From NCBI GenBank assembly GCA_002449755.1, contig DJXM01000045.1:34270-98269 (forward strand): a stretch of DNA of 64,000 nt. The letters are read 5' to 3'. Positions 10,602 through 20,372 of the stretch are shown piece by piece (within the stretch, counting starts at the first letter, position 1; the number at the start of each line of letters is the position of its first letter). The notes beneath the pieces are model-generated. The model ran no database searches. It saw nothing but the letters and a program-made list of their open reading frames with translations, and was not told the origin of the DNA. The position numbers were made by a program, and so were the translations under genes. The DNA comes from Bacillales bacterium UBA7004 (GTDB taxonomy: Bacteria > Bacillota_I > Bacilli_A > Acholeplasmatales > Anaeroplasmataceae).

Positions 10602-11061
10602 AATGCTAGACCAGAAAAAAATTAAATATAATACATATGAGTATCCTCACGAGGAGGGTGTATGTGTTGACGGTGAGACTGTAGCGAAATTATTAAATCA
10701 AAATCCTGATATGGTATTTAAAACATTAGTTACTGTAGGTAATGATAAAAGATATTATGTTTGTGTAGTACCTGTTAAATCAGAATTAGATTTAAAAAAG
10801 GCTGCCAAGGCTTTTAATGTTAAATCATTAGAAATGATTCCTGTTAAGGAAATAAATAATATTACAGGATATATTAGAGGTGGATGCTCACCTATAGGAA
10901 TGAAGAAGGCTTTTCCTACTATAATTGATGAATCAGCTTTATTATATGAAAATATTATTTTTTCAGGTGGAAAGATAGGGCTTCAAATAGAAATGAATCC
11001 TAAGGATTTAGAAAAGCTTATTAGAGTAAGTTTTAAAGAAATTACAAGGAGTGATGTTTAA
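10579..11061 (+). CDS. ybaK: Cys-tRNA(Pro) deacylase
   Basis: [35 protein letters not shown]. Confidence 0.93.
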   Translation: MEKTNAIRMLDQKKIKYNTYEYPHEEGVCVDGETVAKLLNQNPDMVFKTLVTVGNDKRYYVCVVPVKSELDLKKAAKAFNVKSLEMIPVKEINNITGYIRGGCSPIGMKKAFPTIIDESALLYENIIFSGGKIGLQIEMNPKDLEKLIRVSFKEITRSDV

Positions 11062-12074
11062 TGCTAGTACTTGGTATAGAATCAAGCTGTGATGAAACTA
11101 GTGTTGCCATCGTTAGAGATGGTAAAGAGGTTTTAGCTAATGTTATTAATACTCAAATTAAAATTCATGAAAAATTTGGTGGTGTTGTGCCTGAGGTAGC
11201 ATCACGTCATCATGTTTACCAAATAACTATGGTTTTTGAGGAAGCATTTAAGGTGGCTAATGTAAAGCCAGAGGATATCGATTTAGTGGCAGTAACAGAG
11301 GGACCTGGCTTAATTGGTTCTTTACTTGTTGGTGTAAATGCGGCTAAGACATTTGCTTTAATGTATAATAAGCCAATTATTGGTGTTCATCATTTAGCTG
11401 GTCATATTTATGCTAATGCGATTGAGCATGAAATGAAATTTCCATGTATTGCCTTATTAGTATCTGGTGGAAATACTGAATTAATCTATATGAAGGATCA
11501 TTTTAAATTTGAAATTTTAGGTGAAACATTAGATGATGCAGTAGGAGAGGCATATGATAAGGTTGCTCGTGTTGTAGGATTACCTTATCCAGGTGGTCCT
11601 CATGTTGATAGACTTGCTCATTTAGGTCATGATACATATAAGCTACCTAGAGTATATTTAGAGGATGGCTCATATAATTTCTCTTTTTCTGGACTTAAGA
11701 GTGCTGTAATTAATCTAGCTCATAATGCAGAGCAAAGAGGAGAAACAATAGATAAGAATAATTTATGTGCATCATTCCAGGATTCTGTAACTGAGGTTTT
11801 AGTTAGAAAAACATTAGCTTTAGCTAAGGAAAAGAATGTAAATAATATCATTGTTGCTGGTGGAGTTTCTGCAAATAAAGGATTAAAGGAAAGATTTGAA
11901 AGAGAAGCTAAGGGCTTTAATGTATGCATACCTTCAATTAAATATTGTACTGATAATGCAGCTATGATAGCTGTTGCTGGCTTTTATCAGCATATGGTTT
12001 ATCCAAATGAATATGCTGACATGAGCTTAAATGCAACTGCATCATTAGAGCTTGAGGAAAGATATGAAAATTAA
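11061..12074 (+). CDS. tsaD: tRNA N6-adenosine threonylcarbamoyltransferase
   Basis: [53 protein letters not shown]. Confidence 0.98.
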   Translation: MLVLGIESSCDETSVAIVRDGKEVLANVINTQIKIHEKFGGVVPEVASRHHVYQITMVFEEAFKVANVKPEDIDLVAVTEGPGLIGSLLVGVNAAKTFALMYNKPIIGVHHLAGHIYANAIEHEMKFPCIALLVSGGNTELIYMKDHFKFEILGETLDDAVGEAYDKVARVVGLPYPGGPHVDRLAHLGHDTYKLPRVYLEDGSYNFSFSGLKSAVINLAHNAEQRGETIDKNNLCASFQDSVTEVLVRKTLALAKEKNVNNIIVAGGVSANKGLKERFEREAKGFNVCIPSIKYCTDNAAMIAVAGFYQHMVYPNEYADMSLNATASLELEERYEN

Positions 12075-12921
12075 AAGATTTTTAATTTTTGTATTATTTT
12101 TAATACCATTAATTTTTATTTCAACTATTAAAGTATCAGCTGATACAGGACCTAAGCCTAAAATTTATATTAAAATTGAAAATAAAATGGAAGGCTCATA
12201 TATTGCTTTAATATCTGAAAAAAGAGGATGGGGTCCATATTCTATAAATGGGAAAAGGGATACATATTGGACCGATGAAGAAAAGCTTATTGATTCAAAA
12301 TTTAGTGAATATGCTGATAAGGATAATTATTATTATGTTCATGAATTTGGTGATATTTCAGATGGTAGCTATATATGGCATTATATGCCACCAAAAGATT
12401 TTAAGATATTAATCTATGATACTATTAATGATAGGATTATTACAAATGATATTAAATATACAAAATATGCCTTTTCTAGCTATTATAAATTAACATTTAA
12501 TAATGATAATTTTGATGTTGTAGAGGATTATCATTATGGTCATGAGGTTGGTTCATTCTTTTTAAGATTAACTATATGCTTATCAATTGAAATTGGTATT
12601 GCTTTAATATTTAAATTCTTTGGTACGAAATTAATATTTATTATAATTACCAATGTAATTACTCAGGTATTATTAAATGTAGCTTTAAATATTTATTGTT
12701 ATTACAATGGACTTGGATTCTTTGCTTATAGATTATATATTACATTAGAGGTTGCTATATTATTATTTGAATTTGTAGCATATTTATTCGCATTTAATGT
12801 AATACCTCAAGAAAAAGAAAAGCATTTTGATTCAAAATTAAAAATATTATTATATACAGCTATATCAAATGTTTCATCATTTGTAGGTGGCTGGATTATA
12901 TTATCTACATTTGGAATGTAA
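12064..12921 (+). CDS. Membrane protein of unknown function (signal peptide, extracellular domain starting DTGPKP, about 4 C-terminal TM helices)
   Basis: VSA-D signal cleavage pattern; hydrophobic C-terminal half; overlaps tsaD stop. Confidence 0.75.
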   Translation: MKIKRFLIFVLFLIPLIFISTIKVSADTGPKPKIYIKIENKMEGSYIALISEKRGWGPYSINGKRDTYWTDEEKLIDSKFSEYADKDNYYYVHEFGDISDGSYIWHYMPPKDFKILIYDTINDRIITNDIKYTKYAFSSYYKLTFNNDNFDVVEDYHYGHEVGSFFLRLTICLSIEIGIALIFKFFGTKLIFIIITNVITQVLLNVALNIYCYYNGLGFFAYRLYITLEVAILLFEFVAYLFAFNVIPQEKEKHFDSKLKILLYTAISNVSSFVGGWIILSTFGM

Positions 12922-12932
12922 ATATTATTTAT

Positions 12933-12965
12933 GCGGGGAATCGTTATGGTTTCCTGCTGTTTTAT
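12933..12965 (+). terminator. Intrinsic terminator ending the tsa operon
   Basis: GCGGGGAATC...GGTTTCCTGC stem (with G-U pairs) then TGTTTT. Confidence 0.6.
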
Positions 12966-13005
12966 TATAATATTAAATTCTAACTCAATATTAGTTAATT
13001 GAATG

Positions 13006-13148
13006 AGGAGACAGTTATGAGAACATTAGACAAAATAAAATATGATTATCTAGATTCATTTACATATACTAATCCAACTAAAGAAGAGATAGATTACTAT
13101 AAGATAACAGATGACTTACTAAAAAAGTGGAGAACTCAAGAACGTTTA
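13006..13148 (+). repeat. 143-bp direct repeat, copy A (RBS plus first 44 codons)
   Basis: Matches 14028-14170 with one mismatch (TAT vs AAT at codon 9). Confidence 0.95.
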
Positions 13149-13715
13149 AGTAATAAGAAAGAATTTTATAACCAAATTATAAAATTGAATAATTATGATA
13201 AATTAGAATTAGAAAATAAACAATTAATTAGTACTATTTTTTATTTATTTGTAAATAGTACTAATGATTATGCAACTGAGGATTTTTATTATTATGAAAT
13301 TCTCCCTATTTTTAAAACTATGTATGAGAATGATATATTTGATATATTAACTTATGAAAATAATAGGAAACAACTCTATCTAGGTAATATAAGTAAACCT
13401 GATCCAAGAAGCTTTCCTATTCAAATATATGCAGGAAGAAAATATGTTGGAATAATTCCTAATCTATATTATTCTAATCACTTAGATGTTTTTGATGATG
13501 TAATAAAATATTTTGCTAATGTAATATTTAAAAAATATGGCCTATATTTACAAAAGGCGATGAATATTATAATTGAATTTTGTAAAGAATATAATTTACC
13601 ATATGTTGATTTATTGAATAAAGCAAAAAAAGATGCTAAAAAATTAAATTATCCAAGTAATCATGAATTCAAATATCAATTTGATCCTAGAATTAATGTT
13701 GAATGGGAAAATTAA
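13017..13715 (+). CDS. Hypothetical protein, 232 aa, paralogue copy 1
   Basis: AGGAGA RBS before ATG 13017; colinear with 14039-14737; no recognisable family motif, no TM or signal. Confidence 0.8.
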   Translation: MRTLDKIKYDYLDSFTYTNPTKEEIDYYKITDDLLKKWRTQERLSNKKEFYNQIIKLNNYDKLELENKQLISTIFYLFVNSTNDYATEDFYYYEILPIFKTMYENDIFDILTYENNRKQLYLGNISKPDPRSFPIQIYAGRKYVGIIPNLYYSNHLDVFDDVIKYFANVIFKKYGLYLQKAMNIIIEFCKEYNLPYVDLLNKAKKDAKKLNYPSNHEFKYQFDPRINVEWEN

Positions 13716-13759
13716 ATTTGTCTTAAAAACATTTTTGCTATTTTATTGAATATTAGTGA

Positions 13760-13975
13760 TTTAATCTCATATATAGCTCAGATAACATGATTGATGATGG
13801 TAACTCAGGAGGGGCGCTTGTTAATTCCAAAAAAGAATTAATAGGAATTATAACATTTGTATTAGTAACACCAATAGCTTCTTATAATAATTATCCAGCA
13901 CTTACTAAACGTTTTGATGAAAATGGATATTGTTGGGATGAGTTTGAAAAACCAAATGTTAGGACAAGAAAGTGA
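13760..13975 (+). pseudogene. Fragment of a trypsin-like (HtrA/S1-type) serine protease, catalytic-Ser region only
   Basis: Frame reads FNLIYSSDNMIDDGNSGGALVNSKKELIGI; in-frame TGA at 13757; no His/Asp triad region; no clear RBS. Confidence 0.65.
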
Positions 13976-14027
13976 AATTAGTGTTTGTTAATTTTAAGCA
14001 TAACACACTTGAAAAAACAATTAAAAA

Positions 14028-14170
14028 AGGAGACAGTTATGAGAACATTAGACAAAATAAAAAATGATTATCTAGATTCATTTACATATACTAATCCAAC
14101 TAAAGAAGAGATAGATTACTATAAGATAACAGATGACTTACTAAAAAAGTGGAGAACTCAAGAACGTTTA
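14028..14170 (+). repeat. 143-bp direct repeat, copy B
   Basis: Matches 13006-13148 with one mismatch; offset 1022 bp. Confidence 0.95.
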
Positions 14171-14737
14171 GATTATAAAATTAAATTTTTCAATATGTTA
14201 ACCGAATTCAATAATTGTGATAATCAAAATAAAGAGAAAAGATATATGATTGTGTCTGTTTATAATTATTTTTTTGAATGCACAAATGATAGAGATACTG
14301 AAGATGCTTATTATCATGAAATCCTCCCTATTTTTAAAACTATGTATGAGAATGATATATTTGACTTATTAACATATGATGAAAAATGGATCCCATACTT
14401 AGCAAAATTGAAAGGACCTTTACCACCGATGTGTATTCCTATTCCTTTATATGTAGATAGAAAATATGCAGGAATAATTCCTAATTTATATTATTCTAAT
14501 CATTTAGATGTTTTTGATGAAGTAATAAAATATTTTGCTAATGTAATTTACCAAAAATATGGATTATATTTACAAAAAGTTATGAATACAATAATTGAAT
14601 TTTGTAAAGAATATAATTTACCATATGTTGATTTATTGAATAAAGCAAAAGAAGATGCTAAAAAATTAGATTATCCTAGTAATCATGAATTTAAATATCA
14701 ATTTAAACCTAGATTAGATGTTAAGTGGGAAGATTAG
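14039..14737 (+). CDS. Hypothetical protein, 232 aa, paralogue copy 2
   Basis: Same RBS, same length and framework as 13017-13715. Confidence 0.8.
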   Translation: MRTLDKIKNDYLDSFTYTNPTKEEIDYYKITDDLLKKWRTQERLDYKIKFFNMLTEFNNCDNQNKEKRYMIVSVYNYFFECTNDRDTEDAYYHEILPIFKTMYENDIFDLLTYDEKWIPYLAKLKGPLPPMCIPIPLYVDRKYAGIIPNLYYSNHLDVFDEVIKYFANVIYQKYGLYLQKVMNTIIEFCKEYNLPYVDLLNKAKEDAKKLDYPSNHEFKYQFKPRLDVKWED

Positions 14738-14851
14738 TCCGTTTTTTAAAATTTTATAAAGAAAACATAGAACTCCAATTTCTATTTTGATATGGAGTTT
14801 TTAAGTATTTTAATATATAATATTAATATCTTTGTGAAGGGGTGTTTTATT

Positions 14852-16495
14852 ATGGCAGAGATTAATAATTTTATCAAAACTATAATGGAAAATGATTTAA
14901 GAGAAGGTAAGGTAGATGCGATAGTTACTCGTTTCCCACCTGAACCTAATGCTTATTTACATATTGGTCATGCTAGAGCTATTATTACTAACTTTGAATT
15001 AGCTAAGGCATTTAATGGAACTACAAATTTAAGATTTGATGATACTAATCCAGCAAAGGAAGATAAAGAATTTGTTGATGGTATTATTGAGGATTTAGCT
15101 TGGTTAGGTTATAAGCCTAATAATGTATTCTATGGTTCTGATTATTTTGAAAAGACATATGAGAAGGCTATTTTATTAATTAAGAAGGGCTTAGCATATG
15201 TTGATGATTTATCTCAAGAGGAAATGAGTAAATATAGAGGTACATTAACTGAACCTGGTAAGAATTCTCCTTGGAGAGATAGAACAATTGAAGAGAATTT
15301 AAAATTATTTGAGGAAATGAAAGAGGGCAAATATAAGGATGGAGAAAAGACATTGAGAGCTAAGATTGATATGTCTCATCCAAATATTAATATGAGAGAC
15401 CCTGCAATGTATAGAATTTTACATTTAAATCATCATAGACAAGGCACTAAATGGTGTATTTTCCCTATGTATGATTTTGCTCATCCACTTCAGGATGCAT
15501 TTGAGGGAATCACTCATTCACTTTGCTCATTAGAATATGACAATCATAGAATTTTATATGATTGGTTTGTTGAAAAGTGTGAGATGGAGCATGTTCCTCA
15601 TCAGTATGAATTTGGTAGATTAAATATTACTAATACTATTATGTCTAAGAGATACTTAAGAGCTTTAGTTGATGCTGGTAAGGTTTCTGGATATGATGAT
15701 CCAAGAATGCCGACATTATGTGGCTTAAGAAGAAAGGGATTTACTCCTGATGCTATTAGAAACTTTATTTTAGGTACTGGTTTATCTAGAATTAATTCTA
15801 CAGTTGAGGCTGATACATTAGATGAGGAATTAAGACAGGATTTAAAATTAAAGGCATTAAGACCTAATGCTGTTATTAATCCATTAAAGGTAATTATTGA
15901 TAATTACCCAGAAGGACAGGTTGAATGGAATGAGGCTCCAAATAATACTGAAAATCCAGAGCTTGGTTCTAGAAAACTATCTTTCTCAAGAGAGGTATAT
16001 ATCGAAAGAGATGACTTCATTGAGCAAAAGCCTAATAAGAATTGGAAGAGATTAGCTTTAGGTGTTGAGGTTAGATTAATGAGAGCATATTTCATTAAGG
16101 CTACATCAGTAGAGAAGGATGAAAATGGCAATATCATTTGCGTTCATGCTACATATGATCCTGATACTAAGAGAAGTGATTTCAATGATAGAAAGCCTAA
16201 TGGTAACCTACATTATGTAGATGCCGCTACTGCAATTCCTGCAGAATTTAGATTATTAGAGCCATTAATGGTTGATGAAACTGAAGAAAATAAGGATTTA
16301 GATTTTATGGAAAGATTAAATCCAAATTCATTAATTATATCTAATGGATATGTTGAATCATTCTTAGCTGATACAAAGCCTTTAGACCATTATCAATTTA
16401 TTAGAAATGGTTATTTTGTAACTGATAAGGATTCAACTAAGGATAAGCTTGTGTTCAATAGAACATGTGGTTTAAAATCATCATTTAAGAAGTAA
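14852..16495 (+). CDS. glnS: Glutaminyl-tRNA synthetase
   Basis: TRFPPEPNAYLHIGH, LRFDDTNP, PMYDFAH, THSLCSLE, MSKR, DDPRMPTL, YQFIRNGYF; AGGGGTG RBS before 14852. Confidence 0.96.
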   Translation: MAEINNFIKTIMENDLREGKVDAIVTRFPPEPNAYLHIGHARAIITNFELAKAFNGTTNLRFDDTNPAKEDKEFVDGIIEDLAWLGYKPNNVFYGSDYFEKTYEKAILLIKKGLAYVDDLSQEEMSKYRGTLTEPGKNSPWRDRTIEENLKLFEEMKEGKYKDGEKTLRAKIDMSHPNINMRDPAMYRILHLNHHRQGTKWCIFPMYDFAHPLQDAFEGITHSLCSLEYDNHRILYDWFVEKCEMEHVPHQYEFGRLNITNTIMSKRYLRALVDAGKVSGYDDPRMPTLCGLRRKGFTPDAIRNFILGTGLSRINSTVEADTLDEELRQDLKLKALRPNAVINPLKVIIDNYPEGQVEWNEAPNNTENPELGSRKLSFSREVYIERDDFIEQKPNKNWKRLALGVEVRLMRAYFIKATSVEKDENGNIICVHATYDPDTKRSDFNDRKPNGNLHYVDAATAIPAEFRLLEPLMVDETEENKDLDFMERLNPNSLIISNGYVESFLADTKPLDHYQFIRNGYFVTDKDSTKDKLVFNRTCGLKSSFKK

Positions 16496-16549
16496 AATAA
16501 TAGGGACTGCCTTTGGCAGCCCTTATATTAATTAAGGGGAGGATTTATT

Positions 16550-18124
16550 ATGCTTAAGTGTGTTAATTTAGGTGTACAATTTGGATCTAGAAAATTATTT
16601 GAGCATGTTGATTTACAATTTACTAAGGGTAATTGTTACGGAATTATAGGTGCTAATGGTGCTGGTAAGTCAACATTTTTAAAGGTTTTATCTGGTGAAT
16701 TAGAATCAAATACTGGTGAGGTTATTATCGATAAAAAGGAAAGAATGTCTGTATTAAAGCAGGACCAAAATGCTTATAATAATGAAACTGTATTAAATAC
16801 TGTTTTATTAGGACATAAAAGATTAATTGAGGTTAGAGACCAAAAGGATGCTTTATATGAAAAGGCAGACTTTAGCGAGGCTGATGGTATACTTGCCGCT
16901 GAGCTTGAGGGTGAATTTGCAGAGCTTGGAGGCTGGGAGGCTGAAAGTGATGCTGAAACATTACTTGCTGGCTTAGGTGTACCTGAGGAATGCTATTATG
17001 AATTAATGGAAAATATTGATGCTAAGATTAAAATTAAGGTTTTATTAGCTCAAGCATTATTTGGTAATCCTGATATTTTATTATTAGATGAGCCTACAAA
17101 TAACCTAGATTATAAGTCTACTAGATGGCTAGAGAATTTCTTATTAAATTTTGAAAATACTGTTTTAATTGTTTCTCATGATAGACATTTCTTAAATAAT
17201 GTTTGTACACATATTTGTGATGTTGATTTTGGAAAGATTAAATTATATGTTGGTAATTATGAATTCTGGTATGAGTCATCTCAATTAGCCTTAAAGCAAG
17301 CTAAGGATCAAAATAAGAAGGCTCAAGATAAGATTAAGGAATTACAGGAATTCATCGCAAGATTTAGTGCTAATAAGTCTAAGTCTAAGCAGGCAACATC
17401 TAGAAAGAAGTTACTTGAAAAGATTGATGTTAATGATATTGAACCATCATCAAGACGTTATCCATTCATTGGATTTAAGCCTAATAGAGAGGTTGGAAAT
17501 GATATTTTATTCGTTGAGCATTTAACAAAGAAGGGTGTATTTAATGATATATCATTCACAGTTAATAAAAATGATAAGATTGCATTTTTAGCTGAATCAT
17601 CAGTACAAATCACATCATTATTTAATATTTTAGCTGGTAAGGATACTGATTACGAAGGCAAATTTAAATGGGGTATTACAACATCAGTTGGATATTTACC
17701 TCAGGATAATAAAGAATATTTTGATAAGGATTTATCACTTGTTGATTGGCTAAGACAATATTCACCTAATGATCAAACAGAAAGCTTTATTAGAGGATGG
17801 CTAGGTAGAATGCTTTTCTCTGGTGAGGAATCATTAAAGAAATGTAATGTATTATCTGGTGGAGAGAAGGTTAGATGTATGTTTGCTAAGCTTATGCTTG
17901 AATCTCCAAACATTTTAATGCTTGAAGACCCAACAAACCATCTAGACCTTGAATCAATTACAGCATTAAATGAGGGTATGACAAATTATAAGGGAAATAT
18001 TTTATTCTCATCACACGATGCTGAATTATTACAAACTGTTGGTAATAGAATTATTGCTTTTAATAAGGATGGTTCTATAACTGATAGAATGACTACTTAT
18101 GAAGAATTCTTAGGAGAAGAATAA
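16550..18124 (+). CDS. ABC-F family ribosome-associated ATPase (YbiT/YkpA-like)
   Basis: GANGAGKST, LLLDEPTN, VSHDRHFL, KSKQATSRKK linker, second NBD with LSGGEK and degenerate Walker A; no TM helices. Confidence 0.92.
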   Translation: MLKCVNLGVQFGSRKLFEHVDLQFTKGNCYGIIGANGAGKSTFLKVLSGELESNTGEVIIDKKERMSVLKQDQNAYNNETVLNTVLLGHKRLIEVRDQKDALYEKADFSEADGILAAELEGEFAELGGWEAESDAETLLAGLGVPEECYYELMENIDAKIKIKVLLAQALFGNPDILLLDEPTNNLDYKSTRWLENFLLNFENTVLIVSHDRHFLNNVCTHICDVDFGKIKLYVGNYEFWYESSQLALKQAKDQNKKAQDKIKELQEFIARFSANKSKSKQATSRKKLLEKIDVNDIEPSSRRYPFIGFKPNREVGNDILFVEHLTKKGVFNDISFTVNKNDKIAFLAESSVQITSLFNILAGKDTDYEGKFKWGITTSVGYLPQDNKEYFDKDLSLVDWLRQYSPNDQTESFIRGWLGRMLFSGEESLKKCNVLSGGEKVRCMFAKLMLESPNILMLEDPTNHLDLESITALNEGMTNYKGNILFSSHDAELLQTVGNRIIAFNKDGSITDRMTTYEEFLGEE

Positions 18125-18126
18125 AA

Positions 18127-20271
18127 ATGGATTTATTAGAAGGATTAAATGAAGCTCAATATGAGGCTGTAACAACTACAGAAGGACCTGTCATGGTAAT
18201 GGCTGGTGCGGGATCTGGTAAAACAAAGGTTTTAACTACTAGAATTGCATATATTATTAAAGAGCTTGGAATTAATCCTTATGGTGTTTTAGCTGTAACA
18301 TTCACTAATAAGGCAGCAAGTGAAATGAAGGAGCGCTTAGGCCGTATGCTTGATATGGATACTAAATGGCTTTGGGTTTCTACATTTCATTCATTTTGTG
18401 TAAGAATTTTAAGAGATGAATCAGATAATATTGCTCCTTATAAAAAGAATTTTAATATCATCGATGATGATGACCAGGCTAAAATAATGAGAGATATTCT
18501 AAAGGAAACTAATATTGATGCTAAGCCTAAGGAAGTAATTAAGCTTATTTCTAAGGGTAAGAATGGTATGTCTGTAATGATTCATGATCCTGATATGCAA
18601 AATTTTTATCCTATTTTAAGAGATAAATATAACAAATATTTAGTTGATAATAATTTATTTGATTTTGATGATTTAATTATTAAAACAATAAAATTATTAA
18701 GAGAAAATATTGAAATTAGAGAAAAATATCAGCATAAATTTCAATATATTTTAGTTGATGAATATCAGGATACTAATAAGCCTCAATATGAGCTTATGTC
18801 ATTACTTGCTAAGGAGCATAATAATTTATTTGTAGTTGGTGATGATTTCCAATCTATTTATTCATTCCGTGGCGCTAAGGGTATGGAAAATATAAATAGA
18901 ATGAGAAATGATTTTAAAAACACAAAATTAATATTATTAGAAAGAAATTATCGTTCAACAACTGAAATCCTAAATTTAGCTAATTCAGTTATTGAACATA
19001 ACCCAAATCAGATTAAGAAGGTAATGAAATCTAATAATGTAGCTGGTGATAAGCCTACATATTATAGTGCAACTTCATCTTATGATGAGGTATCATTTGT
19101 AATAGATAAGATTAAAGAATTAAAGAAGAATGAGAATTTAGAATATAAGGATTTTGCAATCCTTTATAGAGCTAATGCATTATCGAGAGAATTTGAAGAC
19201 TCATTAGTTAAAGAAAGAATTCCATATAGAATATATGGAGGCTTATCTTTCTTCGCTAGAAAGGAAATAAAAGATATTATTGCTTATTTAAGATTATTAA
19301 TTAATCATAGTGATGATTTCTCTTTTATTAGAATAATTAATGAGCCAAAAAGAAAAATCGGAGATGCAATTATTTCTAAATTAAGATTATACGCAGAAGA
19401 AAATGGTAATTTAAGCCTATATGATGCAATTCCTTATTATGAAGGCTCAGGTCAGGGTGCTTCAAATTTAAGAGAATTTAAAGAAAAAATGGATACTATT
19501 TATGCCACTATTGATAATGTTAAATTACCAGATTTAGTAGATATTATAGCTGAAGAAATGGGATATAATGACGCTATTGAGGCTAATTCTTCTGATGAAG
19601 AGGAAAAAGAAGATAGATTAGATAATTTAAATGAATTTAAATCTGTTTTAAAGGAATCAGAGGAATTCTATGATGGAGATAATAATGAAACAAAGCTTAC
19701 TCAATTATTACAGGATTTATCTCTTAGAACTGATAAGGAAGAATTAAAGGATGATAATGCTGTTAGATTATCAACATATCATCAAGCAAAGGGATTAGAG
19801 TTTAATACTGTATTTATGGTGGCTATGGAAGAAAATATCTTCCCTTCCCTTAATGCAGTTACACCTGCTGATATAGAAGAAGAAAGGAGAATCTGCTATG
19901 TTGGTGTAACTAGAGCTAAAAAGAATTTATTCTTAACTAATGCTTGGTCTAGACTAAGATATGGTAGAAGCGAGGATAATCCAGCATCTAGATTTATTAG
20001 AGAAATGGATAGAGATGCTTATCAAATCTATAGAAAGCCTGTTAAAAAGGATATTAATGCATCTAGTGTTAAAAAGATTCCTGTTTCAAAGCCAATTGAA
20101 AATACAAGAACAAAAGTTGCCACATTCAATATTGGTGATAAGATAAGCCATAAGGCATTTGGTAACGGTGTTGTAGTAGCATCAAATGGTGATTTAATTA
20201 CAGTTGCATTTAGTGCTGAATTTGGTATTAAAAAGCTTAAAGCAAATCATCCAGCAATTAGAAAATTATAA
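18127..20271 (+). CDS. pcrA: UvrD/PcrA superfamily 1 DNA helicase
   Basis: AGAGSGKT, TFTNKAA, DEYQDTN, QSIYSFRGA, NYRST, AKGLEF, EEERR..YVGVTRA; C-terminal HKAFGNG domain. Confidence 0.95.
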   Translation: MDLLEGLNEAQYEAVTTTEGPVMVMAGAGSGKTKVLTTRIAYIIKELGINPYGVLAVTFTNKAASEMKERLGRMLDMDTKWLWVSTFHSFCVRILRDESDNIAPYKKNFNIIDDDDQAKIMRDILKETNIDAKPKEVIKLISKGKNGMSVMIHDPDMQNFYPILRDKYNKYLVDNNLFDFDDLIIKTIKLLRENIEIREKYQHKFQYILVDEYQDTNKPQYELMSLLAKEHNNLFVVGDDFQSIYSFRGAKGMENINRMRNDFKNTKLILLERNYRSTTEILNLANSVIEHNPNQIKKVMKSNNVAGDKPTYYSATSSYDEVSFVIDKIKELKKNENLEYKDFAILYRANALSREFEDSLVKERIPYRIYGGLSFFARKEIKDIIAYLRLLINHSDDFSFIRIINEPKRKIGDAIISKLRLYAEENGNLSLYDAIPYYEGSGQGASNLREFKEKMDTIYATIDNVKLPDLVDIIAEEMGYNDAIEANSSDEEEKEDRLDNLNEFKSVLKESEEFYDGDNNETKLTQLLQDLSLRTDKEELKDDNAVRLSTYHQAKGLEFNTVFMVAMEENIFPSLNAVTPADIEEERRICYVGVTRAKKNLFLTNAWSRLRYGRSEDNPASRFIREMDRDAYQIYRKPVKKDINASSVKKIPVSKPIENTRTKVATFNIGDKISHKAFGNGVVVASNGDLITVAFSAEFGIKKLKANHPAIRKL

Positions 20272-20273
20272 TT

Positions 20274-20301
20274 AGAATCAGGTTATGCCTGATTCTTTTT
20301 T
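20274..20301 (+). terminator. Intrinsic terminator after pcrA
   Basis: AGAATCAGG-TTATG-CCTGATTCT followed by a T run. Confidence 0.85.
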
Positions 20302-20372
20302 ATCTCTTTCTATTTGATTAAAGAATAAAAATATTTTATAATATACTATTATAGACGTTAGGAGATTTTAAT

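Noticed and set aside
13006-14737. Diversity-generating retroelement (TR/VR pair) explanation for the paralogues
   Set aside because: Differences involve all four bases, both copies are full genes with RBS, variable blocks are internal, and no reverse transcriptase is in the window
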